A DNA stretch of 64,000 nucleotides, from positions 1,970 through 65,969 of the forward strand of contig NIVC01002055.1 of the NCBI GenBank assembly GCA_002269645.1, in the 5' to 3' direction. Shown here piece by piece: positions 59,405 through 64,000 of the stretch. Positions within the stretch are counted from its first letter, which is position 1, and every line of letters starts with the position of its first letter. A program made the position numbers and the translations under genes. This stretch comes from Macrostomum lignano. Its lineage: Eukaryota. The notes beneath the pieces were generated by a model. It worked only from the letters and a program-made list of their open reading frames with translations, searched no databases and was not told the origin of the DNA.

Positions 59405-62400
59405 TCAGAGTGGATTTACAGAGTGCTATTTTGGATTTACAGAACGCCATTTTGGATTTACAGAACGCCATTTTGGATTTACAGAGTGCCATTTTGGATT
59501 TACAGAATGCCATTTTGGATTTACAGAACGCCATTTTGGATTTACAGAGTGCCATTTTGGATTTACAGAGTGCCATTTTGGATTTACAGAGTGCCATATT
59601 GGATTTACAGAGTGCCATTTTGGATTTACAGAGTGCCATTTTGGATTTACAGAGTGCCATTTTGGATTTACAGAGTGCCATTTTGGATTTTCAGAGTGCC
59701 ATATTGGATTTACAGAGTGCCATTTTGGATTTACAGAGTGCCATTTTGTATTTACAGAGTGCCATTTTGGATTTACAGAGTGCTATTTTGGATTTACACA
59801 ACGCCATTTTGGATTTACAGAGTGCCATTTCGGATTTACAGAGCGCCATTTTGGATTTACAGAGTGCCCTTTTGGATTTTCAGAGTGCCCTTTTGGATTT
59901 ACAGAGTGCCCTTTTGGATTTTCAGAGTGCCATTTTGGATTTACAGAGTGTCCTTTTGGATTTTCAGAGTGCCATTTTGGATTTACAGAGTGCCCTTTTG
60001 GATTTTCAGAGTGCCATTTTGGATTTACAGAGTGCCATTTTGGATTTACAGAGTGCCATTTTGGATTTTCAGAGTGCCATTTTGGATTTACAGAGTGCCA
60101 TATTGAATTTACAGAGTGCCATTTTGGATTTCAGAGTGCCATTTTGGATTTACAGAACGCCATTTTGGATTTACAGAGTGCCATTTTGGATTTACAGAGT
60201 GCCATTTTGGATTTACAGAGTGCCATATTGAATTTACAGAGTGCCATTTTGGATTTACAGAGTGCCATTTTGATTGAATTTACAGAGTGCCATTTTGATT
60301 GGATTTACAGAGTGCCATTTTGATTGGATTTACAGAGTGCCATTTTGGATTTACAGAGTGCCATTTTGATTGGATTTACAGAGTGCCATTTTGGATTTAC
60401 AGAGTGCCATTTTGGATTTACAGAGTGCCATTTTGGATTTACAGAGTGCCATTTTGGATTTACAGAGTGCCATATTGAATTTACAGAGTGCCATTTTGGA
60501 TTTACAGAGTGCCATTTTGATTGGATTTACAGAGTGCCATTTTGGATTTCAGAGTGCCATTTTGGATTTACAGAACGCCATTTTGGATTTACAGAGTGCC
60601 ATTTTGGATTTACAGAGTGCCATTTTGGATTTACAGAGTGCCATATTGAATTTACAGAGTGCCATTTTGGATTTACAGAGTGCCATTTTGATTGAATTTA
60701 CAGAGTGCCATTTTGATTGGATTTACAGAGTGCCATTTTGATTGGATTTACAGAGTGCTATTTTGGATTTACAGAGTGCCTTTTTGGATTTACAGAACGC
60801 CATTTTGGATTTACAGAATGCCATATTGGATTTACAGAGTGCTATTTTGGATTTACAGAGTGCCATTTTGGATTTTCAGAGTGCCATTTTGGATTTACAG
60901 AGTGCCTTTTTGGATTTACAGAACGCCATTTTGGATTTACAGAGTGCCATTTTGGATTTACAGAGTGCTATTTTGGATTTACAGAACGCCATTTTGGATT
61001 TACAGAACGCCATATTGGATTTACAGAGTGCTATTTTGGATTTACAGAGCGCCATTTTGGATTTACAGAGTGCCCTTTTGGATTTTCAGAGTGCCCTTTT
61101 GGATTTACAGAGTGCCCTTTTGGATTTTCAGAGTGCTATTTTGGATTTACAGAGTGCCCTTTTGGATTTTCAGAGTGCCATTTTGGATTTACAGAGTGCC
61201 CTTTTGGATTTTCAGAGTGCCATTTTGGATTTACAGAGTGCCCTTTTGGATTTTCAGAGTGCCATTTTGGATTTACAGAGTGCCATTTTGGATTTACAGA
61301 GTGCCATTTTGGATTTTCAGAGTGCCATTTTAGATTTACAGAGTGCCATATTGAATTTACAGAGTGCCATTTTGGATTTCAGAGTGCCATTTTGGATTTA
61401 CAGAACGCCATTTTGGATTTACAGAGTGCCATTTTGGATTTACAGAGTGCCATTTTGGATTTACAGAGTGCCATATTGAATTTACAGAGTGCCATTTTGG
61501 ATTTACAGAGTGCCATTTTGATTGAATTTACAGAGTGCCAATTTGATTGGATTTACAGAATGCCATTTTGATTGGATTTACAGAGTGCCATTTTGGATTT
61601 ACAGAGTGCCATTTTGGATTTACAGAGTGCCATTTTGGATTTACAGAGTGCCATATTGAATTTACAGAGTGCCATTTTGGATTTCAGAGTGCCATTTTGG
61701 ATTTACAGAACGCCATTTTGGATTTACAGAGTGCCATTTTGGATTTACAGAGTGCCATTTTGGATTTACAGAGTGCCATATTGAATTTACAGAGTGCCAT
61801 TTTGGATTTACAGAGTGCCATTTTGATTGAATTTACAGAGTGCCATTTTGATTGGATTTACAGAGTGCCATTTTGATTGGATTTACAGAGTGCCATTTTG
61901 GATTTACAGAGTGCCATTTTGATTGGATTTACAGAGTGCCATTTTGGATTTACAGAGTGCCATTTTGGATTTACAGAGTGCCATATTGAATTTACAGAGT
62001 GCCATTTTGGATTTACAGAGTGCCATTTTGATTGGATTTACAGAGTGCCATTTTGGATTTTCAGAGTGCCCTTTTGGATTTACAGAGTGCCCTTTTGGAT
62101 TTTCAGAGTGCCATTTTGGATTTACAGAGTGCTATTTTGGATTTACAGAGTGCCATTTTGGATTTTCAGAGTGCCATTTTGGATTTACAGAGTGCCATAT
62201 TGAATTTACAGAGTGCCATTTTGGATTTCAGAGTGCCATTTTGGATTTACAGAACGCCATTTTGGATTTACAGAGTGCCATTTTGGATTTACAGAGTGCC
62301 ATATTGAATTTACAGAGTGCCATTTTGGATTTACAGAGTGCCATTTTGGATTTACAGAGTGCCATTTTGGATTTACAGAGTGCCATTTTGGATTTAAAGA

Positions 62401-62840
62401 GTGCCATTTTGATTGGATTTACAGAGTGCCATTTTGATTGGATTTACAGAGTGCCATTTTGATTGGATTTACAGAGTGCCATTTTGGATTTACAGAGTGC
62501 CATTTTGGATTTAAAGAGTGCCATTTTGGATTTACAGAGTGCCATTTTGATTGGATTTACAGAGCGCCATTTTGGATTTAAAGAGTGTCATTTTGGATTT
62601 ACAGAGCGCCATTTTGGATTTACAGAGTGCCATATTGGATTTACAGAGTGCCATATTGAATTTACAGAGTGCCATTTTGGATTTACAGAGTGCCATTTTG
62701 ATTGAATTTACAGAGTGCCATTTTGATTGGATTTACAGAGTGCCATTTTGATTGGATTTACAGAGTGCCATTTTGGATTTACAGAGTGCCATTTTGATTG
62801 GATTTACAGAGTGCCATTCTGGATTTACAGAGTGCCATAT
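59405..62840. repeat. 21-bp minisatellite (GGATTTACAGAGTGCCATTTT)n, about 160 units, with 20- and 26-bp variant units
   Basis: Direct reading; the largest array in the window. Confidence 0.97.
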
Positions 62841-63284
62841 TAATGGGATTTACTGAGCGTCACTTTGGAACTCTAGTATTCTTATTTTTTGCATATTAAT
62901 ACTGCAAAAAAGATGCCAAATTTATTAGCAAGTCTTTACAACTCAGATCAGTAGTTTATAAGGAAAATTTAAAAGTTTCTCGGTATAAAAATGAAGCTGA
63001 AACTAATTGAAGCACAAGAACAGAAGCAGATTTTATCAAAAAGCTGTAAAAATCAAATGCAGCAGGAAAGCAGTTGGACCACCTTCCAGCTCAAAAAATT
63101 CTTTGCATATTTTTATATTTTGAATAAACTATCGAAAGAAAACCATTAACAAAAAGGTGATAAAGCAAAAAAGAAACGTTTCTATAACAACTAGAAATAT
63201 TGGGGAGGCAAGCTTAGGGTGAGACTTTGACATGCGATTGCAGAACGCGACTCTTATTAAATGATATTATCAAATCTGCCTGAA

Positions 63285-63790
63285 TAGTATGACTCTAATA
63301 GGGTGAGATTATCAAATTCGATTGAATAGAATGATTCTCATAGGGTGAGATTATCAAATCCGATTCGATGGATTGATTCTAATAGGGTGAGATCACACAA
63401 TCCGATTCGATAGATTGATCCTAATAGGGTGAGAATATCAGATCCGATTCGATGGATTGATTCTCATAGAGTGAGATTATCAAAATCTAATTCGATTGAT
63501 TGATTCTCATAGGGTGAGATTATCAAATATGATTCGATGGATAGATTCTCATAGAGTGAGATTATCAAATCTAATTCGATTGATTGATTCTCATAGGGTG
63601 AAATTATCAAAATCCGATTCGATGAATTGATTCTAATAGGGTGAGATTATCAAATCCGATTGAATAGAACAAATTTCATAGGGTAAGATTATCAAATCCG
63701 ATTCGATGGATTGATTCTCATAGGGTGAGATTTTCAAATCCGATTGAATAGAATGATTCTCTTAGGGTGAGATTCTCCCAAAATTGAATG
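63285..63790. repeat. About 42-bp degenerate minisatellite (ATAGGGTGAGATTATCAAATCCGATTCGATGGATTGATTCTC)n
   Basis: GTGA at 63514, 63556, 63598 gives period 42. Confidence 0.9.
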
Positions 63791-64000
63791 GTCGATTCTC
63801 ATAGATGAGACTCTAATTGGAAACGTTCTCGGTTAAACCAATTAATTCTCAGGGGTCAAGAAAACGCAAAAAAATTCAAGACGAACTAAAGTCAGAACAG
63901 TAACCAGAACAAAAAACTCTCAATCAATATTAATAGCGATTCTGGCACGCCGATCCACTCGGCTCTGGCGAGCTTCCAGTTGACTGGCTGGCATCGAGAT

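Overview
Eukaryotic (animal) genomic DNA. GC-rich exons, short AT-rich introns and very dense simple/tandem repeats suggest a flatworm such as Macrostomum, but the taxon is an inference. By manual splicing I reconstruct six protein-coding genes, all on the minus strand: a complete 7-exon P2X receptor (1414-7677), a single-exon class A orphan GPCR (10883-12280), an unrecognised low-complexity single-exon ORF (18176-19459), a complete 13-exon TSPN-bearing clade-B (type V/XI-like) fibrillar collagen (20839-30778), a complete 12-exon divergent ionotropic glutamate receptor with an IR-like gate (38047-43844) and a 6-exon Pax3/7 gene (47587-57397). For the multi-exon genes every intron is GT-AG and the exon phases chain in frame. 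Roughly 40% of the window (hand tally about 25 kb) is micro/minisatellite, typically one distinct array per long intron. There are also two tRNA-derived SINE families and a 172-bp MITE with an 8-bp TSD. Most ORFs in the supplied track are repeat or antisense artefacts. The most unusual signals are the divergent iGluR, the Pax3/7 with a remodelled linker/RED subdomain, the collagen C-propeptide lacking both interchain cysteines, minisatellites built from splice-donor motifs or from ETS and YY1/Pho-type motifs, and a G-quadruplex-prone array right after the iGluR stop. No prokaryotic features, CRISPR arrays, rRNA or intact tRNA genes were seen.
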